Positions 1 to 10,985 are shown, numbered from the stretch's first letter. The stretch: 54,721 bases of DNA from a virus (IMGVR_UViG_3300014962_000394:1-54721), one strand, 5' to 3'. Notes: a model not told the origin generated them from the letters alone. A program made the numbers and translations.

Positions 1-112
1 GGCCAAATCTAGGTATTTTTAGAGAATTGTCTACTACTATCCCATTGGATGCAGTCACCGAATACAGGTGAGCATCGCTCCCACTTACGATTAGTTGTTT
101 CCATTCAGACAA
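1..112 (-). CDS. 5' part of a probable virion/fibre protein (runs off the window; TTG start)
   Basis: Hand translation (M)SEWKQLIVSGSDAHLYSVTASNGIVVDNSLKIPRFG; GGAG 7 nt upstream of TTG; SGS/TAS motifs like the structural genes; absent from the ORF track. Confidence 0.55.
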   Translation of the reverse strand, partial: MSEWKQLIVSGSDAHLYSVTASNGIVVDNSLKIPRFG

Positions 113-174
113 ATTAGAACTCCAGATATTTGTAGTTTAACAAATATAAATATGGAATGGAAAAAAATACCCTA

Positions 175-2937
175 TTATTTTTTTAATAATTTTTTTATGT
201 GAGGTATTACCATATCAGATGTTATACTTTTACTACATTCAAATTGTCTTTCTGTTCCTTTATGCTCTGGACACCAATTCCAATCTCCCTTATCAAACAT
301 ATGTTTAGCCCAACACCCGTTGCATACATCTTTATTTATTATACGTACCACGTCTTTTTTCATTTCAAGGTCTTCATCGGTAAATCCACTTATTAATATA
401 GTTGGAACATTTAATCCCCAAGCATACCAAGAAAGTCCACTGGATACTCCTATGAATAAATCACTACCTAATAAAATCTCTCCAATTTCTTCTAATGATT
501 TATTTTGAATGTGTATTACACCATTTGGTATTTTATTTCCCATATAACCATCTTCTTCTTTTGATAACAAATAAACATCATATCCTAAAGATTTAACATA
601 ATCTACTGTTTCTTGCCATCCTGTTGGATTATTCCAATATTTTGATTGGGCTGTTGAGTGCATTGCAATAGTTACATATGGTTTGTCTGTCTTATATGCA
701 ACCATATCTTTTATTTTTGGTTTAATTTCTTCATAATCTAAACCTAATATTTCAGTTGCAACTTTTTGTAATGGAATAGTGTTTGGAAGTGTTTTATTTT
801 TATTTATATTATAGACACCGTTATCAACAAATAGACCTAGACGATATTGAGCATATACATCTTGAACAGAATTTCCAGGTAATATAAATTCTACTTTAGG
901 ATATTTTGATTCAAACAGATATTTTAATGGCGTAGAAACTATAACATGGCAATCCCATTTTTTTCTAAATTCATCAACATAAGGAATCCAAGCAATAGTA
1001 TCTCCAAGTGAAAACGATTCAAAGGAAATAAATATTCTTTTTCCTGTTGGATTGAATTTGTGTGTAGTTTCTACTCCGGTAGAATCTGTTACAGAAATTT
1101 TCCAATTTATTTGATAAACTTTATCTGTTTTTGCCCATGTATTGTTATTCAATGTTGTTGTGTAATTTATTTCATCATTACCGTCTATAAATCTTACAAT
1201 ATATTGTTCTTTTAATTTTCCTAATATTTCAACCGTAGCACCATCAATAAAACTAAAATTTATAGAATTTGGTAAAATTTGATTTTCTTTTATTTTTTTA
1301 TTTTTCATTTCATCATTAATAGTTGTTATTGAATTATTTTTTCTAAAAGTTTCTATATCCATTCCTAAAAATTGATTGAATACTTCAACTCCATTGTAAT
1401 TTACATATACCGTCTCACCTTTTTTATATTTTCCAATATCTATAAATTTATATTCATATTGGTGTAATGTTGTAAATTGTTTATTTTTACCGTATCTATA
1501 TTCTATCAAATAATCTTCATTTGGCTTATAGTCAAAGAAACCTGAAATTAAACATAAGTACAAATCATCAAATTCATCAACACCTAAATATATTTGAAAT
1601 GCAGCATCATCCCTAAATACACCGTCTCTATTCCAAACTGCTTGTGTATTAAGTTCTTCATCATTAGCAATATATGGTGTTATGTAGATATTGTCTGTAT
1701 GTTTTTTTAATTCTCTTAAAAAAGATCTTTCAAGTTGAAATCCTTTTGGCCTTCCGTTGAAATATTCCCACTTTGAATTAATCTCATTTATAGCCTTTAA
1801 CGCAATATCTGTTTTTATTGAAAAAATATAAGTTGCTATGTACTCTGCTAAATCTTGACTCGATGATGAATGTTCGTGGTATTCATAAACAACTACATCA
1901 TAATTTTTTGATTTCTCTAAAAAAGCTTGTTTGTATTGAAAAACATCTACTATATTATCATATTCCATAAAGTGTATTCTTTTTTTACCAAGCATATCAC
2001 AAAATTTAAATGCCTTTTGCATCATTGTCCATATTGCATAATCGTGTTGAAACAAATTTTGTGATGTTAATTTGTGTGTTGCGTTTTGTGCCCACAAACC
2101 ACTTGAAACACCATACATATCGTATTCACTACTATGTAAAAGTGGATTTTCTTTATCAAATAGATAATAGTCCACCATATTTTGAATTTCTGGCTTTATA
2201 GGATAATGTGATACCAAAAGAATTGGAACAGGACTAAACTGTTTTAATTTTTTTATACATTCTATTAAATCGTTTTCTTTATTTTCTGTATCTGGCCATG
2301 TATCAACAACGAATATATCATCAGGAAATTCATCTTTATGTGTTATAGGTAATATATTATCTGTTTTAAATTTATTATTATTTTTTATACCACCCTTTAC
2401 ACCAAAAAAGTACAAATCTCCATTTTGTTCGTTATATTCAAATATACCATCTGGAAAATTATTTTCAAAATTTTTAATAGCTTTAACATCATGTTCTGTT
2501 AAATTTTTGTAATAGTGTGACCAATCTTCTGATATTTCTCTAAGCAAAGGTGCTGCCCAACTACCGTCTGAATTTACAGTTCCGTGTTCTGCTCTACCTA
2601 TCGAAGCACAAGTAAATATAAATGCTCCACCTGGTTTAAGCATACGAATTATATTATTTATTGTTTTTTCATAAAACATATCATGTTCAAATACTTCGGT
2701 AGAAATTATAGTGTCAAAATATTCATCTGGAGCATCATAAAGATGTCCAACACATACTATATCAACATTATTTCCCTCACCAACATCCAATCCAATGTAG
2801 TTACAGTTATTAAAAAGAAATCTATTGTTTCCATTTATATCCAATGATCCTATATCTAAAACTTTTTTATTTGTAAAATGTTCCGAAAAGTTATTTGACA
2901 TTCTAGTACAAAAATCTTGTTGAGCTTGGTGTGCCAT
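175..2937 (-). CDS. Multidomain protein: class I SAM methyltransferase + central domain + autotransporter O-heptosyltransferase (Aah/TibC-like, GT-B) domain
   Basis: VLDIGSLD/STEVFEHD/LKPGG methyltransferase motifs; C-terminal SLGDTIAW, FIGVSSGLSW, ISGFT and Cys cluster CNGCW...WCP.H...FECSK. Confidence 0.8.
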   Translation of the reverse strand: MAHQAQQDFCTRMSNNFSEHFTNKKVLDIGSLDINGNNRFLFNNCNYIGLDVGEGNNVDIVCVGHLYDAPDEYFDTIISTEVFEHDMFYEKTINNIIRMLKPGGAFIFTCASIGRAEHGTVNSDGSWAAPLLREISEDWSHYYKNLTEHDVKAIKNFENNFPDGIFEYNEQNGDLYFFGVKGGIKNNNKFKTDNILPITHKDEFPDDIFVVDTWPDTENKENDLIECIKKLKQFSPVPILLVSHYPIKPEIQNMVDYYLFDKENPLLHSSEYDMYGVSSGLWAQNATHKLTSQNLFQHDYAIWTMMQKAFKFCDMLGKKRIHFMEYDNIVDVFQYKQAFLEKSKNYDVVVYEYHEHSSSSQDLAEYIATYIFSIKTDIALKAINEINSKWEYFNGRPKGFQLERSFLRELKKHTDNIYITPYIANDEELNTQAVWNRDGVFRDDAAFQIYLGVDEFDDLYLCLISGFFDYKPNEDYLIEYRYGKNKQFTTLHQYEYKFIDIGKYKKGETVYVNYNGVEVFNQFLGMDIETFRKNNSITTINDEMKNKKIKENQILPNSINFSFIDGATVEILGKLKEQYIVRFIDGNDEINYTTTLNNNTWAKTDKVYQINWKISVTDSTGVETTHKFNPTGKRIFISFESFSLGDTIAWIPYVDEFRKKWDCHVIVSTPLKYLFESKYPKVEFILPGNSVQDVYAQYRLGLFVDNGVYNINKNKTLPNTIPLQKVATEILGLDYEEIKPKIKDMVAYKTDKPYVTIAMHSTAQSKYWNNPTGWQETVDYVKSLGYDVYLLSKEEDGYMGNKIPNGVIHIQNKSLEEIGEILLGSDLFIGVSSGLSWYAWGLNVPTILISGFTDEDLEMKKDVVRIINKDVCNGCWAKHMFDKGDWNWCPEHKGTERQFECSKSITSDMVIPHIKKLLKK

Positions 2938-2940
2938 ACA

Positions 2941-3606
2941 TTACCTTTTTGTTATTATTATTATTCCGTTTAAAAAATTTATAGACTCAATATCTTTTCT
3001 GATATTAATTTCTTTATCAATAATTTGTGGTATTAAAAAATCTTCTCTACGAGCGTGGACATTCCAAAAATTTTCTTGATATTCTCCCATAAAATTTATA
3101 TCATCAATTAAATTTTTAAAATATTCAACCATAGTGTTATCTTTTTTATATCCACCACCCCATTCTTCCCAATATGAACATGCAACATCTTCTACTACAT
3201 ATATTCCACCAGTTTTAACATAATCTATCAAATGTTTAAAACTAAAAATAACGTCTTCACTAATATGGGATCCATCATCCAATATCATATCAAACGGTCC
3301 CCATTTACTAACTACTTTTTTTAAAAATTCATAGTCATTTTGTGAACCAATTTCTACCCATATATTTTTAATTTTGTCTGTGTATCTATAACATTCTTCC
3401 ATTATATCTATACCAACAACTGTTGAGTTGGGATAATATTCTTTCCAACTCAATAATGATTGACCATTCCACACACCAATTTCCAAAATTTTTATTGGTT
3501 CCAATCTATCAAATGGAAAATATTTTTCATATTTTTCACAGTAGTTATGAATTTCGGATGATTTATCTGTTCCAAAATGTTTTGCTATTTTATCTAATGA
3601 TTGCAT
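2941..3606 (-). CDS. SAM-dependent O-methyltransferase (MycE/TylE-like sugar methyltransferase)
   Basis: GTDK..HNY, ILEIGV, VGIDI, GSQND, ILDDGSH, GGIYVVED. Confidence 0.75.
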   Translation of the reverse strand: MQSLDKIAKHFGTDKSSEIHNYCEKYEKYFPFDRLEPIKILEIGVWNGQSLLSWKEYYPNSTVVGIDIMEECYRYTDKIKNIWVEIGSQNDYEFLKKVVSKWGPFDMILDDGSHISEDVIFSFKHLIDYVKTGGIYVVEDVACSYWEEWGGGYKKDNTMVEYFKNLIDDINFMGEYQENFWNVHARREDFLIPQIIDKEINIRKDIESINFLNGIIIITKR

Positions 3607-3607
3607 A

Positions 3608-6415
3608 TTATTTCCAAAAATATATTAATTGCAAAGCATTATCAGTTCCACAAAAAGTAACAAATGAATTAAACCCAATAGTATTTAATCTTTGAATAAA
3701 ATTATGTCTCAATACTTCATCAAATTTTAAATGTTCATGGTGATATTCAACCGCAATATTTCTAACATTTTTTAAGTTGTCATCGGATATTCCATTGAGT
3801 GCCATGATTTCTGAACCCTCTATATCAACTTTTAGAAAATCTATTCTTGGTATTATACCCATCTCTAATATGTAATCTAATGTATAAACGTTTACATCAT
3901 ATTGATTTAATAATCCATGAGATTCTGTCCAAAGATTAGATCCACCAAGATGTGAGCTCTCGGTTAATTTCATTTTACCCAATTTATTACCAATAGCAGC
4001 ATTAAATACTATTGCACTCTTTGGTGCGTTTAATTTTAATATACTGTAATATCTTTTATCAGGTTCAAATGTTACTATTTTTTCTGCACCCATTTGGTGT
4101 GCATATCTTGTAAAAATTCCTATATTTCCACCTAAATCAACAACATAATCTCCTTTTTGAACTTTTACCATAGAATCAGCATCAGTCCTTGCAGGAAACT
4201 CATAGTCCCTCAAATTGTATATTTCATGGTATATTGCATAGTCCCATCCATAATTTACAGCAATATCTAATGTTCCGCCTGGAACACCATCTATTAATCC
4301 TAAATTTTTTATAGAATTTTTTGATGTATAAAAATATTTTGTGTCATGGAAATTATCATTCTTTTTTGAATAAATAAAATCTATCATTATATCTGCAAAT
4401 TCAAAGTCTTTATTACCATGAAAATATAATATGTTGCTTTTGTCTTTTGGTACTTTTTGCCAACCATATATGTAACCAAAGTTTTTTTGTTTTTTTGAGT
4501 TCCAAAATGATAAAAAATGTTCCATTGCTCTTTGGTCATTTGCCATTTTTACACCATTCCAATCGGAAACATCAAAATTACTCAAAGGTAAGAATTTATC
4601 AAATCCATATTTAGACCTTAAAAAATTATCTATACCTTCATCATTCCATTGTAATAAAGGACTGTATTCATCTAACGGCGTCTCTTTGTAAACTTTTAAT
4701 ATTTCATCGAACCACCATTTACATTCTTTATTATACACATACATACAAATATGTGCCATGGTGGACAGTCTTCCAACTCCATGTTTTTCATTTAATTTTT
4801 GATTAAATAATTGAGTTTGACTAACTCCATTTTTATCCGTATAATATCCTATAAATTCTTCTTGAATATGAACATCTGGAAGTGGATAATTTTCTATTTC
4901 AGAAAAATATTTTGATATGTCATCTATATTGTAATTAACAACAACATCACCATCAATCCAAATAAAATTTTCAAAATTTTCTTTTAAGGATTCAATACAC
5001 GCATATTGTTTCCAATACCATTTATCATGCTCGGAATATTTTGGTGTTTCCAATTTACGAGCTATTACATTTGGGTGATTAAACGGTACTTCACAATCTA
5101 TACCATATACTAAAATTTTTCTATCTGAAAATTTATTTAATGATATTACTAATTTTTCTATTAAACTCATGTAATTTAAATTACCACAAGTTACAAATGC
5201 AAAATCATCAATATATGTTTTTTGTTCCATTTTTATTTCCGGTTTTATTAACAGTTCGTCAATATATGATTTTGCTGTTATTGCAGCATTTTTCCAATCA
5301 AAATTTTTTCTTATAGATTTAGAATCTTCTATTGCCTTATTTTTATATTCTTCATAATTTTCAAAAACCATTCTCATTTTTAATTTTAAATCATCATAAT
5401 CTGGTTCACAAAAATTACCAGGAGCATCTTTTATCCAAGATTCATTGTTATCAACAGCGGCTGGTATTTCACCTTTTATTTTTATAGGTATTCCCTTTCC
5501 TTCTGCAAATTGTAACTGTGCTCCCCATTCTGAATATGTAGATGGTATTCCACAGGCCATTGCTTCTATTAGTGGTAAATTCCAACCTTCGCTTCTTGCA
5601 CAAGATAAAAATACATCTGCTGTATGTAGTAACTCAATATATTTTTCTTTTGATTGGTGATGTATTATTTTAATATTTTTATGATTTATACCAAATTTAT
5701 CAAGTCTTTGCTGTGTATTCGATAATCCATCTGTTGCAAAAGGATTATCAACGCTTATCAATAATTCTACATTTTCTTTTTCAGAAAAAGTATTAGCAAA
5801 TGATTGTATTATTTCCCTTATTGATTTTCTATAATCCCATCTACCAACCAATAAAAATCTAAAAGTTTTATTTTTTGTTTTTTGTTTTTTTGGTTTGTAT
5901 ATGTTAATATCAACCCCTTCAGGAACTACTTTTACTTTATGTTCTGATATACCCTGATTAATAGTACATTGTCTTTGCCATTCAGATGGAACCCATACTT
6001 GATCAAAACGTTTTAAATTTTCAAAAAATTGTTGTGGCTGTAATGTAGTCTCCCAAACGTTATATGCAATTTTTTTACCACTATAATTTTCATAAAAATA
6101 ATGATGATTATTGTCATTTAATATTATATGAACGTCAGGTGTACCTTCATTTTTATATGAAGTGTATAGGGGAAATTCACTATTACCATCAGGTGTTCTT
6201 AATGTTTGTTCAATCAACATTGTTTTTACATCATCAGTCAAACCAAATTCTTCATTGTGTGGTTCATCATTTTGATAACCTTTCCAATTTGGTCCAACCG
6301 ACCAATTTCTAACCTGCACTGGATAAATTGAATGTAACTCTTTAAAAAAATTTAATGCGTGAGTATTGTAGCCGGTATCACCTATCAACGAGGTGTGAGC
6401 TTTTATTATAGGCAT
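3608..6415 (-). CDS. Fusion: GT4 glycosyltransferase + GT-A-like (DxD) domain + FkbM-family methyltransferase
   Basis: RSEGWNLPLIEAMACG (GT4 E-x7-E); WIDGDVV; VVDLGGNIG and LKVDIEGSE (FkbM). Confidence 0.8.
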   Translation of the reverse strand: MPIIKAHTSLIGDTGYNTHALNFFKELHSIYPVQVRNWSVGPNWKGYQNDEPHNEEFGLTDDVKTMLIEQTLRTPDGNSEFPLYTSYKNEGTPDVHIILNDNNHHYFYENYSGKKIAYNVWETTLQPQQFFENLKRFDQVWVPSEWQRQCTINQGISEHKVKVVPEGVDINIYKPKKQKTKNKTFRFLLVGRWDYRKSIREIIQSFANTFSEKENVELLISVDNPFATDGLSNTQQRLDKFGINHKNIKIIHHQSKEKYIELLHTADVFLSCARSEGWNLPLIEAMACGIPSTYSEWGAQLQFAEGKGIPIKIKGEIPAAVDNNESWIKDAPGNFCEPDYDDLKLKMRMVFENYEEYKNKAIEDSKSIRKNFDWKNAAITAKSYIDELLIKPEIKMEQKTYIDDFAFVTCGNLNYMSLIEKLVISLNKFSDRKILVYGIDCEVPFNHPNVIARKLETPKYSEHDKWYWKQYACIESLKENFENFIWIDGDVVVNYNIDDISKYFSEIENYPLPDVHIQEEFIGYYTDKNGVSQTQLFNQKLNEKHGVGRLSTMAHICMYVYNKECKWWFDEILKVYKETPLDEYSPLLQWNDEGIDNFLRSKYGFDKFLPLSNFDVSDWNGVKMANDQRAMEHFLSFWNSKKQKNFGYIYGWQKVPKDKSNILYFHGNKDFEFADIMIDFIYSKKNDNFHDTKYFYTSKNSIKNLGLIDGVPGGTLDIAVNYGWDYAIYHEIYNLRDYEFPARTDADSMVKVQKGDYVVDLGGNIGIFTRYAHQMGAEKIVTFEPDKRYYSILKLNAPKSAIVFNAAIGNKLGKMKLTESSHLGGSNLWTESHGLLNQYDVNVYTLDYILEMGIIPRIDFLKVDIEGSEIMALNGISDDNLKNVRNIAVEYHHEHLKFDEVLRHNFIQRLNTIGFNSFVTFCGTDNALQLIYFWK

Positions 6416-6447
6416 AAAAAACGAAACCCTTATATTATTATTTTTAT

Positions 6448-6747
6448 TTACAAATATATGTATACGTTACTTCCTGATGTCATAATACTACCAACTTGTG
6501 GCAAACTAGAATTAGAACTACCGGATGGGATTACCAAACTTCCTGTAAAAGAATGAATACCACTAAATGATCCGGTTCCATGAGTTTCTAAATTAAAAGT
6601 TTCTATTGTTCCGGAAACAGCAAGAGCAGTTACAAGTGATCCTGTTCCATCTAGCAGTGTTTTATCGTCTACCGGATCAGTTTGAATTATTCGATAAAAA
6701 GATTCAGATATGCTTAGATTGGTTAAATCTCTTTGTGTACTTGACAT
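6448..6747 (-). CDS. Small TGS/SGS-rich probable virion protein
   Basis: 99 aa, GGAG upstream, five [ST]GS motifs. Confidence 0.6.
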   Translation of the reverse strand: MSSTQRDLTNLSISESFYRIIQTDPVDDKTLLDGTGSLVTALAVSGTIETFNLETHGTGSFSGIHSFTGSLVIPSGSSNSSLPQVGSIMTSGSNVYIYL

Positions 6748-6788
6748 TTATATCTCCAATTTTACATATAAATATATGATAAAATTTT

Positions 6789-9700
6789 TTAAGCATATAT
6801 TTTTGAATAACCATTTTCTTTTTTTATTTCAATTTGATTATCAACAATATCCTTAACAACATCAATGTGTGAAATTATGATAACAAAGTCGAATTGAGTT
6901 TTTAGGTATTCTAAAAATAAAGAAAAGTTAGTTAAAACGTTTGGATCCATAACACCTAAACCTTCATCTATCGCTATGAAATTAGGTCTTGGTAGTGATG
7001 AAACTTGAACTAAAGCATTTCTTATTGCAAGTGATGATATAAATTTTTCCATCCCACTCGATAACTCCAATGGCCAAAACTTTTCATCATCATATACGAT
7101 ATAAGTGTTTATACTCTTACCATCAGTATCAAAAAGAACTTGAAAATCAACTATTTGAGAAAGAATATTATTTGTTTCTGTTTGTATTCTTGGTAGTGCA
7201 TCGGAAATCAATTCATATGGAACACCATTTCTATTAACTGCCTTTAAGTAATAATCGTAAGCATAAAACTCTTTTTCAAGTTCTTTTAATTTTTCTAAAG
7301 ACCTTTCACATTCTAATATTGTTTGTTCATTTATTTTTAAATTACCACTTGTTTCTATTATTTCTTCCTCTAATGATTTAATTTCTTCCGATGCAATTTC
7401 TTTTTCTTTTGTAATATCCGCCAATATAGATTTAATTTTTATATTATTTTCAACTATAATCTGATTACTTTCTATTTTTTCAAGTTTTATTTTTAATGTA
7501 TTGCATTTTAATTCAATTAATGATTTTTCTTCCTTCTTTTCCAGTAATTCTTTTTTTAAATTTAGAGTAAAATTTTCTGTTTCTGATAATTTTTTCTTTA
7601 ATTGAATTAACTTATCAAATGATTGATATACCGATTCATTTTCATCTAATTCTGTTTTTATGTAATTCACTTCATATTTTAGTTCATCTCTATCTTGTTG
7701 TAATCCCCACAATAATCTTTTTGCTTCTTCGGCATCTTTAACAAAAACATTATTAACACAATACTGACAATTAGGATCGTATTCGTGACTTTTTAAATTA
7801 TCTATTTTTTTAACACAATGATCCAATCTTAATTCTGCATTTGATAATTCTGATTGTTTTTTAGCAAGAAATTTTGTTTTGTTATCTAAATGATCTTTTT
7901 TATTTATCAATTCTTCTTCGTCATATTCCAAAATTATTTTTTTAAGTTCTTCTATTTTTTTATCGTATGATGATAAATCAAACTCAATATCTACTATTTC
8001 TGCATTTGTAAATAATAATTTTTTTCTACAATTTTCTATTTTTTCATTAAGATTGCCAATACTTTCAGTATCATCTATGTCTTCTATTTCTTCTATATTT
8101 ACAATTTTTCTATTCAATTCTACAATTTCATTATTGATTTCTTCATTTCTTCTTTTCAAGTATTCACGCTGACTTGTCAATTCATCCATTTTGTCAAAAC
8201 ATTCTTTGTATTTTACTTTTGAATTTGCAATCTTTGTAGAGTAATCTTGTTTACCAAATTCTTTTATCAATGCTTGAACTTCTTTTACTTCTTCAGTTGC
8301 AATTGAATTTAATTCTTCAAATAAATCCAAATCCAAAAATTGTGCCAACAGGTCTTTTCTTTCTCTTTGTGCCTTATCTACAAAATTTGTATTGTTACCT
8401 TGAACAGACATTGCCGTTAAAATAAAATCATCGTATGTTCCAATATATTTTCTTATTGTAAAATTTGTTCCGTCTCTATCTTCACCGTTTAGAGAATGTT
8501 TATCACCGTCTTTTATGTAATAAAAATTTACAATAACTTTAGCGTTTCCTTTTTTATCTCTCGTTGCAACCCTTTCAATATAATAATCTATTTCACCAAT
8601 CATAAAATGTAATTTACACTTAAAAGTGTTTTGTCTATTATTCATCACTTGTGATGCCTTAAATGTTCTCGAACACTTATCGAATAAACAAAACATTAGT
8701 GCATCTAATATTGATGATTTGCCACTAGCATTTGGTGCAAACAATCCGTAAATACCATTCATAGTATCGAAGTTTACAACGTTTCCTTCACCATATGAGA
8801 ACATATTATCAAATTCAAATCGTATTGGTTGCCATACAACATTACGAACTATATCAGTATCTTTTAATTTTTTATTTATTTTTGAATTTACATCTTCTAC
8901 TTTGTTTAATATATCATAAGTTACACTAAATTTATTTTTTATGAATGTTTTTATCAGTTTGTTTTGATAACTAATGTCTCGTATGTCACCAATTATTTTA
9001 TTAGTTATGTTATTATTATTTGTCAGTTTATTGCTTACCCTTTGAACACGAATATCAACAACATTTATTTTTGTTTTTATATCCGTGATTATATTGAATA
9101 AGTCTGAATTATTTGTGTTTGTAGATTTAATTCTTACTATATTATTTTTGGAATAGTTTGAACTATCTCTTGTAATTTTACCGTCCTCAACTTCTATTGT
9201 ATGAAAAGACCAATCATTTTTTATTTCAATAAATTTTGATTTACCATTTTTAATATCCCATTCTATAATACCGTGTTCAAGTCCTTCACCAAAATTTTGT
9301 TGTATGAGTGAACCTGCATAAGCAAATTTACAACCAATATCAAGATATTGAAACTTATGTATATCGCCAAACATACCGTAATCATATCCATCAAATTTTT
9401 CCATAGTCAAACTTTTATTCTTCATAAAAGTTCCCATGTCTGTTGATGCCATATCTATTGCACCGTGAAATAAAACTATTTTGGTATTATCGGATTCAAC
9501 ATTTTCAGCAAGAATAAAATTTTCTGGCTTTTCATAAACAGAATTTAGAACAAAGTCTACATTTTTTAGTGTATAGACTCCAGTTTCTTTTAGGTAAAAT
9601 AATGTATTGAAATCACTATTTATCATTGAAACAATCGGTGAAAGTGCATCCATTCTCGATCTATTGTTCAAATTACAATCGTGATTACCAGCTATCAAAA

Positions 9701-9974
9701 TTGTTGGTGCAATTCTTGAAAGAGTATCAAGAAATTCAGTAACCAAATCAATCAATTCAGGTGTCATATCTGTTTTAGAATGAACAATATCACCGGCAAG
9801 GTAAATTATTGTATTAGGATTTTCTTTTACTTTTTCGTTACAAAAAGTATACAGTTTATCAAATACTATTCTATATTCTTCGTGTCTTTTGTAATTACGA
9901 ATGTGAACATCAGCAATGTGTAAAATGTTATCTACTTGTGAAATTTTACTTGTCCATAGTTTTTCTTTAAGCAT
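6789..9974 (-). CDS. SbcD(Mre11)-SbcC(Rad50) fused recombination nuclease/ATPase (gp47-gp46-like)
   Basis: Phosphoesterase motifs DVH, GD, GNHD, GDIH; Walker A APNASGKSS; coiled coil with CQYC hook; signature SSGME; Walker B IAIDEG. Confidence 0.9.
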   Translation of the reverse strand: MLKEKLWTSKISQVDNILHIADVHIRNYKRHEEYRIVFDKLYTFCNEKVKENPNTIIYLAGDIVHSKTDMTPELIDLVTEFLDTLSRIAPTILIAGNHDCNLNNRSRMDALSPIVSMINSDFNTLFYLKETGVYTLKNVDFVLNSVYEKPENFILAENVESDNTKIVLFHGAIDMASTDMGTFMKNKSLTMEKFDGYDYGMFGDIHKFQYLDIGCKFAYAGSLIQQNFGEGLEHGIIEWDIKNGKSKFIEIKNDWSFHTIEVEDGKITRDSSNYSKNNIVRIKSTNTNNSDLFNIITDIKTKINVVDIRVQRVSNKLTNNNNITNKIIGDIRDISYQNKLIKTFIKNKFSVTYDILNKVEDVNSKINKKLKDTDIVRNVVWQPIRFEFDNMFSYGEGNVVNFDTMNGIYGLFAPNASGKSSILDALMFCLFDKCSRTFKASQVMNNRQNTFKCKLHFMIGEIDYYIERVATRDKKGNAKVIVNFYYIKDGDKHSLNGEDRDGTNFTIRKYIGTYDDFILTAMSVQGNNTNFVDKAQRERKDLLAQFLDLDLFEELNSIATEEVKEVQALIKEFGKQDYSTKIANSKVKYKECFDKMDELTSQREYLKRRNEEINNEIVELNRKIVNIEEIEDIDDTESIGNLNEKIENCRKKLLFTNAEIVDIEFDLSSYDKKIEELKKIILEYDEEELINKKDHLDNKTKFLAKKQSELSNAELRLDHCVKKIDNLKSHEYDPNCQYCVNNVFVKDAEEAKRLLWGLQQDRDELKYEVNYIKTELDENESVYQSFDKLIQLKKKLSETENFTLNLKKELLEKKEEKSLIELKCNTLKIKLEKIESNQIIVENNIKIKSILADITKEKEIASEEIKSLEEEIIETSGNLKINEQTILECERSLEKLKELEKEFYAYDYYLKAVNRNGVPYELISDALPRIQTETNNILSQIVDFQVLFDTDGKSINTYIVYDDEKFWPLELSSGMEKFISSLAIRNALVQVSSLPRPNFIAIDEGLGVMDPNVLTNFSLFLEYLKTQFDFVIIISHIDVVKDIVDNQIEIKKENGYSKIYA

Positions 9975-10920
9975 ATAATATCCTTTGTTTAATTATATCA
10001 TAACTGTCTGTTGATGGTGTTACCGATTTTAAACTTGAAAAGTCTTGAAAACCCATTTCATTTATATCTTTACTTTGCATTTGAACTATTGATACATTTA
10101 TTCCTTCTGAAAGAAGTGATGACGATATTTTTATTGCATCTGAATAAGCATCATTGTCAAGTGCAACAATTACTTTTGGTGGTTTACGAAGTAAAATTCT
10201 TTCTCGAAGTTTTGGTTGAATTATTTTGCCGAAGAGTGGAACTGCATTATATCTGGCAGTAATTGCATCAAATACACCCTCAACGAGTGTAACCGGTTCA
10301 TCCCAATCAATAAAACAATCAAATCCAATAACATCTTTACTCCATTTTGGATTTTTATATTTTAGTGTATCTTCTTCAAATATAGAACGAGAAACAAAAA
10401 AGTTTAGATTGAAGTTTTCATCATACGATGGAACAATTATTCTACCAGAATAACTACCATTAGGACAATATCCAATACCGTAACGAAGTATATCTGTTCT
10501 ACCAATTCCTCTTGATTTCAAATAATTTAATGCTTGTTTCATTTGCATCTTTACTTGAATATCTTTTATTCTTGGAAATTCATATAGACGGATAAATTCT
10601 TTTGGTAAAACTAATGTTTCTATTGTTTCAGTTTTATCTTTGATGTATAGATTTTTCGTTTTTAGGATTTTATTTAGGTCATCAAGATATTGTTTGCCAG
10701 CTTTTACTTTTTTGAAAAGAGAAACTATACTTCTACCCTTAGCATTACTAACCCAACAATGCCATGGATTTTCACCGTTATTATTTACAGTTAAATCTAT
10801 TTCAAGTTTTGGTTTGTAATGACTTATGAACGGTGAAAAAAACGAATAGTTATTACCAGACGTTCTTCTGCCTTTACCCAAAACCTTTTCTATCAGAGAT
10901 AACAAATCGTAGTTTATCAT
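9967..10920 (-). CDS. DNA primase (TOPRIM)
   Basis: YLKSRGI, GRIIVP, KYKNP, LVEGVFDA, ALDND. Confidence 0.85.
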   Translation of the reverse strand: MINYDLLSLIEKVLGKGRRTSGNNYSFFSPFISHYKPKLEIDLTVNNNGENPWHCWVSNAKGRSIVSLFKKVKAGKQYLDDLNKILKTKNLYIKDKTETIETLVLPKEFIRLYEFPRIKDIQVKMQMKQALNYLKSRGIGRTDILRYGIGYCPNGSYSGRIIVPSYDENFNLNFFVSRSIFEEDTLKYKNPKWSKDVIGFDCFIDWDEPVTLVEGVFDAITARYNAVPLFGKIIQPKLRERILLRKPPKVIVALDNDAYSDAIKISSSLLSEGINVSIVQMQSKDINEMGFQDFSSLKSVTPSTDSYDIIKQRILYA

Positions 10921-10951
10921 AACCACACTTTAAGGAAAATAATACTTGTAA

Positions 10952-10985
10952 CAAATATAAGAAAAATTTGTCACAATTACAAGCA
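10952..10985 (-). promoter_or_regulatory. Bacteroidota-type promoter for primase/SbcCD
   Basis: Minus strand TGCTTG-N20-TATATTTG. Confidence 0.65.
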
